Notes under the pieces: generated by a model | What the model was told of the DNA's origin: nothing | The model's input: the letters and a program-made list of their open reading frames with translations, nothing else | Database searches by the model: none | Position numbers and translations under genes: made by a program | Part shown: in pieces, positions 10,849-20,052 of the stretch | How positions within the stretch are numbered: position 1 is the stretch's first letter | How the letters are laid out: each line of letters opens with the position of its first letter | Assembly: GCA_963693365.1 (NCBI GenBank) | Contig: CAVNZM010000019.1 | Span: 283,227-347,226, forward strand | Source: Amoebidium appalachense | Lineage: Eukaryota; Protista; Ichthyosporea | DNA: 64,000 bases | Direction of reading: 5' to 3'

Positions 10849-11832
10849 CTATCCTGGTCGAATGCACACCCACACCTCATTCACCGCAACGGTGTTTTCT
10901 CCATTGCCTCCTATGACTACACGCAAAGGTTTCTCGTTGTCCTTAAATTGCAGTTGCCACAGCTGCTTGGAGGTGGCCTCGTCGGATGCGATGTGTATTT
11001 TAGAACCCTTGTTTGTTACTTGCACTATGACATGCTTCACGTTGTAGTAGATGTATGGGGGGTGCGGAGATCGATCGACAGACACCCAGATCTCGCACTG
11101 CTCTCCCGCTGTCTCCGACTGGGGGCTGCTCGTGGCTACCACCTGCTCCGTGAAGGCTACCTGGTCGTCGACGTCGACGGAACTGTGGTCCTCGGACACG
11201 AGCGGCTCGCGTGCTGCTTCGCACGCCGGGCTGCTTGGGGGCGCTGCTGCTTTCTCCTTATCCGCTGCCTCCGTGGTCTCTTCCGTGTCCATATCCGGAA
11301 AAGGGAGTGGTCGCCAGGGCGCTTTGGGTTCGGGGTTGACTGCCACTGGTAGGCGCAGGGACGTGAGTTTTTTGGAGGCCCCCATCTTGTTTTGGCGTAT
11401 GTTGCGCCCACATCCTTTTGGATTCGCCCCTGCCTTCCAATAAAATGCATCCCGTTGCTTTTGTACCACGTCGCTGGCCGCGGCACCCGAAGTCTTGTAC
11501 GGGAGAATCCTGCGTAGCGGAATCTTGCCCGGTGGTGGTGGCCATGTTGTCTGCAACGGGTACACTCGCACGTCGTTGCTGCACAGGGGCGGTGCGTGCA
11601 CAGCTGCAAAAGGGGGTTGAGAAGGCTGTGCATCCACGCAGTCGTCTTTGGGCGGTATTGCGCGTGCGGGTTTTGTGTTGGCGGGGAACGAGTGCATGTT
11701 GGCTGGGGGCAAGTGCATGTCGAATTCGCCGAAGACGGGAACGCCCATGAGCGCTGCCTCGCTGGCTGGTGTTGTTGCTTGGAAGAGCTTGTCGCGCAGG
11801 CGCCACAGGTTAACGTTTGGCTTGTGGTTCAT
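10849..11832 (-). CDS. Hypothetical protein, 327 aa
   Basis: ATG ORF conserved in frame in B and C (338 aa, with an 11-aa internal duplication). Upstream CCAAT and TATA-like motifs. No family recognised. Confidence 0.65.
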   Translation of the reverse strand: MNHKPNVNLWRLRDKLFQATTPASEAALMGVPVFGEFDMHLPPANMHSFPANTKPARAIPPKDDCVDAQPSQPPFAAVHAPPLCSNDVRVYPLQTTWPPPPGKIPLRRILPYKTSGAAASDVVQKQRDAFYWKAGANPKGCGRNIRQNKMGASKKLTSLRLPVAVNPEPKAPWRPLPFPDMDTEETTEAADKEKAAAPPSSPACEAAREPLVSEDHSSVDVDDQVAFTEQVVATSSPQSETAGEQCEIWVSVDRSPHPPYIYYNVKHVIVQVTNKGSKIHIASDEATSKQLWQLQFKDNEKPLRVVIGGNGENTVAVNEVWVCIRPG

Positions 11833-12403
11833 AGCTGCAGGTTTGCAAGACTGGCAGCATCCGAAGCAGTGATGGTGTTATATGGGTCCTATAGCCAATT
11901 TGATTGGTCCAGTGGCTTTGCCAGGGTGCGAAAGTGTCCTTCGGCGCAATAAAATTGCAACCGAAATGAAACGAAATGATTAAGCTATAGAAGAAGTAAA
12001 TGTTGTGAAAGCCACAAGAATGGGAGGAACTCCGTCAACTTGATTTAACGAAACAGACATCATATTGTATATAGGGGTTTATGTTTCAGGGATCCCAATT
12101 CGGTTATAACCCTGACCGCGAGTCGCTTTTCCGAACTCTGAGTAGAAACTAAAACAACAACCTGTTCAATAGGAAAACAATGGCAAAAATGTTCTTATAA
12201 ATCGCGTTTAAATATTTCTGTTTTGTTTTCAAATTAATATTTCGGTTTTGTTTTCAAATTGGCGTTCACATCACATCAATACTGTATCATAACCAGTCAA
12301 TTTTAAAATAACACAAATGCTGTAACTGAGCCAATCAGACGCTGCATGCCTTGGCTACAGATCCTTCGGTCATCTTCCACAGGAATACAAGACCCTCTAT
12401 CCG

Positions 12404-12500
12404 ATTGGACATCACGCTGATTGGTCGGCACTCCAAACGTCTGATTGGTCAACGCGTCTGATTGGTCAACGCGTCTGATTGGTCGGCGCGCTATTGGTGG
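12404..12500 (+). promoter_or_regulatory. Tandem reverse-CCAAT (gattgg) / ACGCGT repeats upstream of the F-box-like gene
   Basis: ctgattggtcaacgcgt repeated at 17-bp spacing, giving at least 6 attgg boxes. Also present at 21598-21712 and 38709-38805. Confidence 0.6.
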
Positions 12501-12573
12501 GGTGGCTCTCAGGGAGGGGTATACCACAGCACAGCTTTCAAACTTCACTCTCCATACGAGCGCGTTCATCACA

Positions 12574-14415
12574 ATGGGCGCCGATCAGTCCACCCTTTCT
12601 CCCAGCGCGCAACAGCTGGTCTTGGGCAACCACTACCTGCTTCTGTACATCTGCTCCTTCCTGGATGCACGCTCACGTCGCAGCATTGCGCTCACCTGCC
12701 GAGCGCTTCGCCACGTACACGAGGCAGAGCTGGCGCGCCCGAACAGCCACATGCGCGTCGACCTGTCCAAGGGTCCGAAGTCAATCGAGTTTGCCACGCG
12801 CGTCCGTGCCACCCACGTCCTTGCCACCACTGCTGACTACAAGCGCCTTGCCGAGCTTCCGCCCATGCGCTTCGTTCTCCACATGGTTCTTGATGAGTAC
12901 CGGGACCTGGCCAACCACCATGCAAAGGCTGCCCATAACCACCGCTACACCAGCACGGAGCCCATCTACCCAGACCTGTTTCCCAACCTCAAGGTCGCAG
13001 AGGTCAACTCCTTCAAGTGCCGCACCCCCCTTGTCGCCCCCTTCGCCTTGCTGGGCCGCGCTATCCAGAACCTGACGAGTCTGACCCTTGCCTTCTCTGC
13101 CACTCCCAGGCCCACACCTGGTGTAGTCATGGATCTCGCTGCGCTCGAAAACCTGGCCCATCTGCACGTCCACCTGTGCACGCGTGTGAACCCCTCTAAC
13201 ATCTACGCCATCCCCAGCACGGCGCTGCATGTGCCTGCGGGCCTTGTGAAACTGCATCTGGACTACCGCTTCCGCTCCATGTGCGGCCACCAGTACGGCT
13301 ACGGCAGCGGCGGCTCCGCTCCCGGTATCCACAACATCCACAACATCGAGTCCTGCGTCAACATGCGCAATGTGCACGTGTGCGTCTTTGGCATGGTGGT
13401 GTTCGACACCATCAATCGCGCCCACCGTGTCGAGCTGCTGTGCTCACAGGCCCGCGGCACGCTGCGCGGGTGCACCAGCGTCCAGATCGGCAAGGAGGTG
13501 CGCGACATCGAGATCACCACCACCGGGGACAGCGCCAGTGACTACCCAGGCAACCGGCACCTTGTGGCCGGCGCCCGCGAGTTCGAGTGCTTCCATCCCG
13601 CTCACAACTGGGCGCTGCAGGACGTCCATGTGCTGGAGATCATGCACGTGCCCCACAGCCCGCGCGCGCTGAACAAATTCGCCGGATGTAACATGAAGAC
13701 CAGTAAAAAGCCAAAAACAAAGCATTCGCTCCCCGTGGCCACCGCCCGGACGCGCTCCAAATCCAACCGCTCATCCTCCAAGCACCGACACTCGCACGCG
13801 CGTGCTCGCTGCCCGCACGCGCGCTACAACTTCTGGCCCCGCCGGGCCCTGCACTGGCTCGCCACGCCCTGGGCCACGCTGGGCATGGCCGAATCCACCC
13901 CGCGCCACGGCAACACCGCACCCGGCCGCCTGCTGAGCGCGCTCCCCGGCACGTGGGTGTGGGTCAGGACCAACGAGAGTCTCCGTGTCTCCGACCCGGT
14001 CGCCTACAGGGCCGCCGGCGGGCAGGTGCTGCTCGCACGCACGTTCGACCCGCACGCAGAGGTGCCCGGTGCGGACCTGCACGTGGGGGGCGTCGGGTAC
14101 ACCACACGGGCGTCGCTCGATGCGGCCCGAGGGGTGAGCCCCGGGATGGCCAACGGCTCGGGGTCGGTGTTTGCGAAGAGGCGCATCTCCGCAGCCACCA
14201 AGGTGGGCGACGGCGTGGCCGGCGTGGCGCTGCGACAGGGGCTGGCCGAGCCGGAGGTGCTCTCTGCGCTCAGGGAGCAGGCGCTCGCCCACAGGGACGG
14301 GCTGCTTGTTTATTGGGAGAGCAGCGGGGGCTACAGCATCTACGAGCTGGGGGCGAGCCGGTTGAGCAGAGGCGGGGCGACCAAGAACGAGCTCTGGGAG
14401 CTTGTGGTGCGGTGA
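12574..14415 (+). CDS. F-box-like protein truncated at 13671 and fused in frame to an unrelated ORF
   Basis: Near-identical to the copy B protein up to PHSPRAL, then unrelated sequence with its own possible ATGs (13693, ~13885). The stop overlaps AATAAA. Confidence 0.6.
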   Translation: MGADQSTLSPSAQQLVLGNHYLLLYICSFLDARSRRSIALTCRALRHVHEAELARPNSHMRVDLSKGPKSIEFATRVRATHVLATTADYKRLAELPPMRFVLHMVLDEYRDLANHHAKAAHNHRYTSTEPIYPDLFPNLKVAEVNSFKCRTPLVAPFALLGRAIQNLTSLTLAFSATPRPTPGVVMDLAALENLAHLHVHLCTRVNPSNIYAIPSTALHVPAGLVKLHLDYRFRSMCGHQYGYGSGGSAPGIHNIHNIESCVNMRNVHVCVFGMVVFDTINRAHRVELLCSQARGTLRGCTSVQIGKEVRDIEITTTGDSASDYPGNRHLVAGAREFECFHPAHNWALQDVHVLEIMHVPHSPRALNKFAGCNMKTSKKPKTKHSLPVATARTRSKSNRSSSKHRHSHARARCPHARYNFWPRRALHWLATPWATLGMAESTPRHGNTAPGRLLSALPGTWVWVRTNESLRVSDPVAYRAAGGQVLLARTFDPHAEVPGADLHVGGVGYTTRASLDAARGVSPGMANGSGSVFAKRRISAATKVGDGVAGVALRQGLAEPEVLSALREQALAHRDGLLVYWESSGGYSIYELGASRLSRGGATKNELWELVVR

Positions 14416-14672
14416 ATAAAGACGGGGATAGAGCGTTCCGTCCATCGAATTTCCAAGATCCGAACGATTCGGATCTTGCCCATTCCTGCTTCTTCTGGTA
14501 GCCTTTCTCGCGTTCTCCTTGACTTCCTTTGTGAAGATGAAACAAAATCCAGTCTAAAAAGATGGTTCCATGTCCAGCACGGTGATACCCGTCATGAAGG
14601 AGGCAAATGAACCAGAAGAACCACGCCCACCAATCATTATTTCCTGACAACCAGTCAGGATTTCCTGATTGG

Positions 14673-15947
14673 CTAAGCCAGTTTCACGGTATGCCAGCGT
14701 TCCTCTGCCGCAGCTTCGTTCCACTTGCGCATAACAAGCGAGAACATGTCATAGTTGTTCACCAGTGCTTCGCAGTCGCTAATTCGCATGGTCTTGGCGT
14801 GTGTGCGTGTGAGTGTCTTGAATGTAGCTTCCATCGCGAATGCCTCTGCTCTGTCCTTGCACGGCACAGCCAGCAGCACGTTGTTCAGAATGACGCGGCG
14901 GTTTTTGTCGCGGCTGTAGCGACGCGCCATGCTCAGGCCTGTGCACCCAAACATGATGGTTGTGTCCAGGGAATCAACGAAGTAAAAACAGGGCCCCTTG
15001 CGCGCCGTCTCGGTCATGTGCTCGTTCAGCCCGCGCACCAGGTAGTAGCGCTCGTCCAGGTTCTTGTTGAGCAGCTGCGCCTCGCGGGCCTGTTCGTGCG
15101 CCAGGCGCCTTTCCTCCAGCTTTTGCTCGTGCTGTTGCTTGCTCTTCTCCATCTCCTGGGAGTGAGTTTGCTTGGACAGCTGCATCTCTGCATGTATGGT
15201 TGTGCGCTTGGCCTCCTCTGCACGCTCTACCTCCTCTGCTCGTTGACGGGCTGCTAGTGCTTCTGGGTTGCTCACGATTGCAATTTCCTTTTGCATGTGC
15301 AGAATTCTTTCAAACTTTGCCAGTGCTTTCTCCACATCGTCCCCTTCTTTCTCTATCCAATACTCAAGCTCCGATGGCTTCCACTTCTTTATTGCTTGTT
15401 CCTCACACTCTGCTGTGGCACTTCTCTTCGCACCGCGTTGCTGTTCGCCAATGAAACTTTCACGCATGAATGCGTTGGGACCGTTCGGTTCGTTCTCCGC
15501 CTTTCTCGCATTCTCCTTCACGTCCTCCGTAATGGACTCGTCCCCTCCCTCCACACGCGCTATTGTCGCTGCCCACTCGTCTACAATTCCAGTTCCAATT
15601 CTGGCACCAGATGCAATCTTGAATGTCAATTTGATTAGGTCTGTGGCCGCGACACCGGGGGATTTCTTACCGCCAGCAGTGAAAGAGCAAGCAGTGATCT
15701 TCACTGATGGGTTTTTTAGGCTGTTTCGGACATACCACCCAGCGTCATTGCGATTCAGACCTCTTACCAGCATCACATAGTCCACCAAACTAGCCATGCG
15801 CACGCCATCCACTGTGCATGTTCGTATGCTCTTTCCCGCTATCTCTATCACCCCCTTTTTCACGTGCGCCACCTCGTCTCCTGTGAATGCTGGTTCGTTG
15901 GCCAGGGTCTCGTAGGTGGGTGGTGTGTCTGTGACTGATGCAGCCAT
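14673..15947 (-). CDS. Bro/KilA-like N-terminal domain + coiled coil + T5orf172/GIY-YIG-like C-terminus
   Basis: 424-aa ATG ORF with tataaaa upstream. IR..DG..ASLVD...ARVEGGDESITEDV resembles N-terminal domains of large-DNA-virus Bro-like proteins. CFYFV...IMFGCT...RR...AFAME resembles a degenerate T5orf172. Confidence 0.65.
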   Translation of the reverse strand: MAASVTDTPPTYETLANEPAFTGDEVAHVKKGVIEIAGKSIRTCTVDGVRMASLVDYVMLVRGLNRNDAGWYVRNSLKNPSVKITACSFTAGGKKSPGVAATDLIKLTFKIASGARIGTGIVDEWAATIARVEGGDESITEDVKENARKAENEPNGPNAFMRESFIGEQQRGAKRSATAECEEQAIKKWKPSELEYWIEKEGDDVEKALAKFERILHMQKEIAIVSNPEALAARQRAEEVERAEEAKRTTIHAEMQLSKQTHSQEMEKSKQQHEQKLEERRLAHEQAREAQLLNKNLDERYYLVRGLNEHMTETARKGPCFYFVDSLDTTIMFGCTGLSMARRYSRDKNRRVILNNVLLAVPCKDRAEAFAMEATFKTLTRTHAKTMRISDCEALVNNYDMFSLVMRKWNEAAAEERWHTVKLA

Positions 15948-16373
15948 GATGTGTGTCTAGAAAATGTGTGCACGCCCCTTTTATACCCTCCACACGCCCA
16001 CCCCCCGCCCCCTTCCGCACCTGCACACGCACACGCACCCCACGCCCCCCACACGCACGGGCGCCGGCCGTGCCTTCCGCCGCACCTCGCGCACACACGC
16101 CTTCGGCCGCTTGCGCCGGCTGAGCACGAAGCGCAGGCGCGCCCCCGGGTCGGACTTCACCAGCGCCATGTGGGGGGGCGGGATTTTGTGGGGTCGCCGG
16201 GATAACGTAACCTATAGGCCGAATTCGTGAATAGAGAGATGTCCTTTTTCGGTCATGTTCTCGTTCAGCCCGCGCACCAGGTACGTCCACCAATCTTTTT
16301 TTTCCTGACAACCAGTCAGGATTTCCTGATTGATCAGATCTGGATCAGACTTGGTTCGTTCCCAGGACGGAGG

Positions 16374-17072
16374 TTAGGAGTCAAATCCATTTTTGATTTT
16401 GGTATACGATATCAGATAACACGAGACAACACTGGATGAATCACAAGGTCCCTCCCACGAACATACCCTTCCACCTCTCGCATTCTTCAAAGGGCCCAAC
16501 ACTCGTTTGACTGCAATCCCAAACAATCTTTGACTGAGGCTGTTGGCGGTGTGGGTAGCTTTACGGTCCCACCATAGTTTGTACAAACCAAAGAGTGGTG
16601 TGGGTTGGACGAACGCACCATCCGGGATGACAGGCATGTTCTCGCATCCGTTTTCACGGTTGATTAGATCCCGTAGGAATTGAAGCTCATTTTCGCCATC
16701 GGCCTGTGGGTGGTTGGCTTGTTTTCTTTGCGCACTGGGTGGTTGGTTAAATATGAACGACAACACATCTTCATCCACTGTTACTCGGATCCCATAGTGG
16801 TTCATGGCAGCAAACGCGGTCTGGTAGAGGGACACGGAACCGAATCCAAAAAGATGAACTCGAGGAGAATGGTTTGGGTAAGAAAGCTGATATGCCAAAA
16901 CCTGCCCCATGGCATCCTTCCAATGCACCACTTTCTTCACCTCGATAACTTCTGTCTCCGATAGGACATCAATACGTCCATAGGGGGTTGAAACTTCTGT
17001 CTTTCCATTTTCAGCTACAGCAAGTCTATCGCGTATGATAGACTCCGGTATGTTGATCGTAACAATTGGCAT
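16374..17072 (-). CDS. PD-(D/E)XK nuclease-like domain fused to a helicase-type winged-helix C-terminus
   Basis: EVSTPYGRIDVLSETEVIEVK..HWKDAMGQVLAY...RVHLFG. The C-terminal QFLRDL...NGCENM...LF.LY..W...FGIAVK.VLG matches the end of the adjacent helicase. Confidence 0.75.
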   Translation of the reverse strand: MPIVTINIPESIIRDRLAVAENGKTEVSTPYGRIDVLSETEVIEVKKVVHWKDAMGQVLAYQLSYPNHSPRVHLFGFGSVSLYQTAFAAMNHYGIRVTVDEDVLSFIFNQPPSAQRKQANHPQADGENELQFLRDLINRENGCENMPVIPDGAFVQPTPLFGLYKLWWDRKATHTANSLSQRLFGIAVKRVLGPLKNARGGRVCSWEGPCDSSSVVSCYLISYTKIKNGFDS

Positions 17073-17124
17073 GTCTGAGATGAAGTAGGGGCAAGAAAAT
17101 GTTCGGAGTACAAGCACAGCTTTA

Positions 17125-17382
17125 TTATTCTGTTTGAACATTTGTCTCCCGTGTGTAATCTGTAATGATTTTCCAAAGTTGATTTTTGTGAAAACCGATG
17201 CAAGGATGTGAAAACTTTATTCGAATAATCGAAATATACTGAAATTTGTCACAGTGAAGTTGTGAAATTAAGAGAAATGTACTAATCTTATTAGCACAAT
17301 GGATGTATAGAAATACGAAACACCAAAGTTTCCGAAATATCGTTAGACAAAATAACCGTTTCCACATATCCAGAATTACCAC
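17125..17382 (-). pseudogene. Degenerate C2H2 zinc-finger remnant
   Basis: FSQKSTLENHYRLHTGDK is a C2H2 helix plus linker. The flanking fingers are frameshifted. Confidence 0.5.
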
Positions 17383-17667
17383 TAAATCCAGGGTCCCTCC
17401 CTAACAGCTCTTCCCCCCTTAGATCCACCAATCAAATCGCGTTATTCCCCCTCCTTCCTACTCCTACCTTGTCTCTTGTTTCTGGAAACAAGTGGAAACA
17501 AAACAAATAAACAAATCTCATTGGTCGAGAGAGTCACGTGACCTCAGATCCACCAATCAGCATCCGGTAATGTTGTGGCAACGTTTCTAGAATGTACCCC
17601 AGAACCGTGTCCAGAAGTGGTTGGTCAGGTTTGAAAATCATCCCCGCCGGCCCACAGGGCAGGGGGG

Positions 17668-19185
17668 TCAGTGTTTGAAAATCATCCCTCTGTTCAACTG
17701 GTAGCACCACATGCTTTCAGACGTCCCTGGTCTAGGTGGATGACCATTCCACGTTGTAATATTGGCCAATCGGACACCTTTCCTGTCCCCGAGTATCTTC
17801 TTGATGGCAATCCCGAAACTCCTGAGGCTGGGCATGTTGCGGTCCCTTGCATTGAGGCGGTGCCACTCCTGATACAGCTGGAAGAGACCACTTGATATGA
17901 CATATGCGTTGTCCTGGATGAAGGTCATGTTCTCACATCCATTCTGGTGGTCCAGAAGATCTCGTAGGAACTGTGCCTCGTCACCTCGGCTAATGCCTCT
18001 CAGTGTCTGCTTCACGTCGTTCTCAATCGGGCGTGGCATAGTTCCAGGTACGTTCTGAACTGCCATGAACTCGTGGTAGATAGCCTCCAAAACGGCAGGC
18101 TGCTTGAGATGGGATACAAGGAAATCAAAGTACTGGTGGTCCCCAATGCGGGCGGAGCTTGCCCTGAAGCAGGCATACCTGCGGCATGACTGCTCAATTC
18201 GGACAGGCCACTCTTCGTTCGACAGCATGACATACCTCTCGTAGCAGTCAATGTTTACCGCATCACACCCTTTCTTTTCCAGCATCATGGTTGACTGTGT
18301 GATGCGGGCCTTCATGATGTTGTTGAGTTCGTGAGAACCACCCCAGACCACCTCGTCGCACACAACCAGAAGTTTGTTTGCCAGGTGCTGATTAAACTTG
18401 CCTGCGATGTGTTCCTTGTGGATGATATAAGCACAGTACTCCGGGCTCAGTATATCCATGAGTGCCTGCCACCACACGTTCTTCCCCGCTCCCTGCTCAG
18501 ACTGAAAAAGCAGGGCGGTGCCGGGCTTGCTCTTGGGATGCTGGAACATGTGAGCAACCCACATCCGCAGGTATTCATACTCCTCCGCACGCCCGTTGCA
18601 CAGAATCTCCAACCCATGTCTGTTGAATGGACCGGTCAAATCAAAATTGAGGGGGTACTGTGGGTTGAACACAATGGGCAGCCCCCGGAACGGGTTGTAC
18701 ATACGGTACATCCCAGACGTGGCGGCCGCCTTTGCACCGGTGCGAGGGTCAGGGTCAGAGGGGTCGAACAGTATGCCCATGTACTTGGGAATGGCGGATG
18801 AACGAAGAACATCGGTGCCGTTGATGGGCGGAAGGGCCTTTGTTCCCTTTCCCACCTTCTCGGGTGGTTGGGGGAAGGAGTATCCAGAGAGTGAAATGGA
18901 CAGCTCCTCCTTGCTGACCAACTTGAAAGCATAGCTGAGACGTATGGGGCAAAATGCCTTCATCACATACAGTTTTGTCCCTTGAACATGCGCAACATGT
19001 GATCCAATAAACTCTTCCACCTCCGATTTCTTCCACAGCCGGAGGTCACAGGATGCAGGCATGAACGGAAGACCCCTCATCTCAGTGTTCTCAAATGCAT
19101 CAAACAGACGGAGGGTCCGTGCAACTACCTTGTCGAGCTCCTGTGTCGACACACCACCGGAAAACAATGTCATGGCCGCCTGCAT
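17668..19185 (-). CDS. SF3 helicase, D5/DUF5906-like, with no N-terminal catalytic domain
   Basis: Walker A GTALLFQSEQGAGKN, Walker B LLVVCDE, motif C YVMLSN, arginine finger RRY, and a C-terminal wHTH. First ATG at 19185. Confidence 0.85.
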   Translation of the reverse strand: MQAAMTLFSGGVSTQELDKVVARTLRLFDAFENTEMRGLPFMPASCDLRLWKKSEVEEFIGSHVAHVQGTKLYVMKAFCPIRLSYAFKLVSKEELSISLSGYSFPQPPEKVGKGTKALPPINGTDVLRSSAIPKYMGILFDPSDPDPRTGAKAAATSGMYRMYNPFRGLPIVFNPQYPLNFDLTGPFNRHGLEILCNGRAEEYEYLRMWVAHMFQHPKSKPGTALLFQSEQGAGKNVWWQALMDILSPEYCAYIIHKEHIAGKFNQHLANKLLVVCDEVVWGGSHELNNIMKARITQSTMMLEKKGCDAVNIDCYERYVMLSNEEWPVRIEQSCRRYACFRASSARIGDHQYFDFLVSHLKQPAVLEAIYHEFMAVQNVPGTMPRPIENDVKQTLRGISRGDEAQFLRDLLDHQNGCENMTFIQDNAYVISSGLFQLYQEWHRLNARDRNMPSLRSFGIAIKKILGDRKGVRLANITTWNGHPPRPGTSESMWCYQLNRGMIFKH

Positions 19186-19285
19186 CCTTCCTTGTAGCAC
19201 AGAAAATAATCGATGACCCACCCCCACCACCCACCCAAAACCTATAAAAGGCCCACCCTCCAATATTTTTGTTCACTACTCTAAG

Positions 19286-19918
19286 ATGACTGGAAGTGAT
19301 GGGTCTGAAATCGTAACACGCCTTTTATACCAACCGGAAACCACAAAGCTCGGGGAGGACTGCGTGCTGACGGGAACCGACGTGATACTGGTGGTCCACA
19401 TCACCCGATTCGTAGACGGCCTACAAACAATCCTTGCAAGACAGAGCACATACCCCAACCACCGCCCAACACTTTATTTGTACGGCCACTCCCCGTGGCG
19501 TGCATACAAGTCTGCCTTGGACGACGGGAAGTCACGGGGGGTGCGCATACTTATTGACGATAGGATAGGCGAGTGGATAACAAGGCCGTGGACAAAAGAC
19601 TCCAATCTACGACACAGCAAGGGGTATGAGCTGGTGAAGCAGTTCTTTATTGAATTTTTGAAAGACGAAAACAACAGACACAAGTTTCCCCCAGGGTCCC
19701 CCGTGAAAACATCGTCTCTCTATGCACTGTATTCCGAATGGGTGAGACGACAAGGGTCAGACATGGAGGTTCACATGAACCTATGTGTATTTGGCAAAGT
19801 TCTGAGGCAAATATTCATGATGAAACCAGTAAGTACAAAGAAACTAAGTGCAAACAAGGTGACCATCAAGGCCCACAGATTCGACTACAATCACATGACT
19901 AAGTGTCTAGGGCTCTAA
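19286..19918 (+). CDS. Inactivated PD-(D/E)XK-like domain + winged-helix domain
   Basis: LTGTDVILVVH..FVDGLQTILARQSTYPNHRPTLYLYG aligns to the nuclease at 16374-17072 but lacks D and ExK. The C-terminal SSLYALYSEW...FGKVLR is wHTH-like. tataaaa at 19243. Confidence 0.65.
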   Translation: MTGSDGSEIVTRLLYQPETTKLGEDCVLTGTDVILVVHITRFVDGLQTILARQSTYPNHRPTLYLYGHSPWRAYKSALDDGKSRGVRILIDDRIGEWITRPWTKDSNLRHSKGYELVKQFFIEFLKDENNRHKFPPGSPVKTSSLYALYSEWVRRQGSDMEVHMNLCVFGKVLRQIFMMKPVSTKKLSANKVTIKAHRFDYNHMTKCLGL

Positions 19919-20040
19919 ATTGACCAATCAGAGGAATGTTCAGCCAACTGAACATTCGTCACGTGACTCCTTGATGACCCTGACCATCAAGGCCCACAGA
20001 TTCGACTACAATCACATGACTAAGTGTCTAGGGCTCTAAA
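19860..20040. repeat. 60-bp direct duplication enclosing a 60-bp hairpin-containing insert
   Basis: tgaccatcaaggccc...gggctctaaa occurs twice. The insert has gaatgttcag-ccaa-ctgaacattc. Copy C has a single copy (37089-37149). Confidence 0.9.
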
Positions 20041-20052
20041 CACCCCCCCCCC

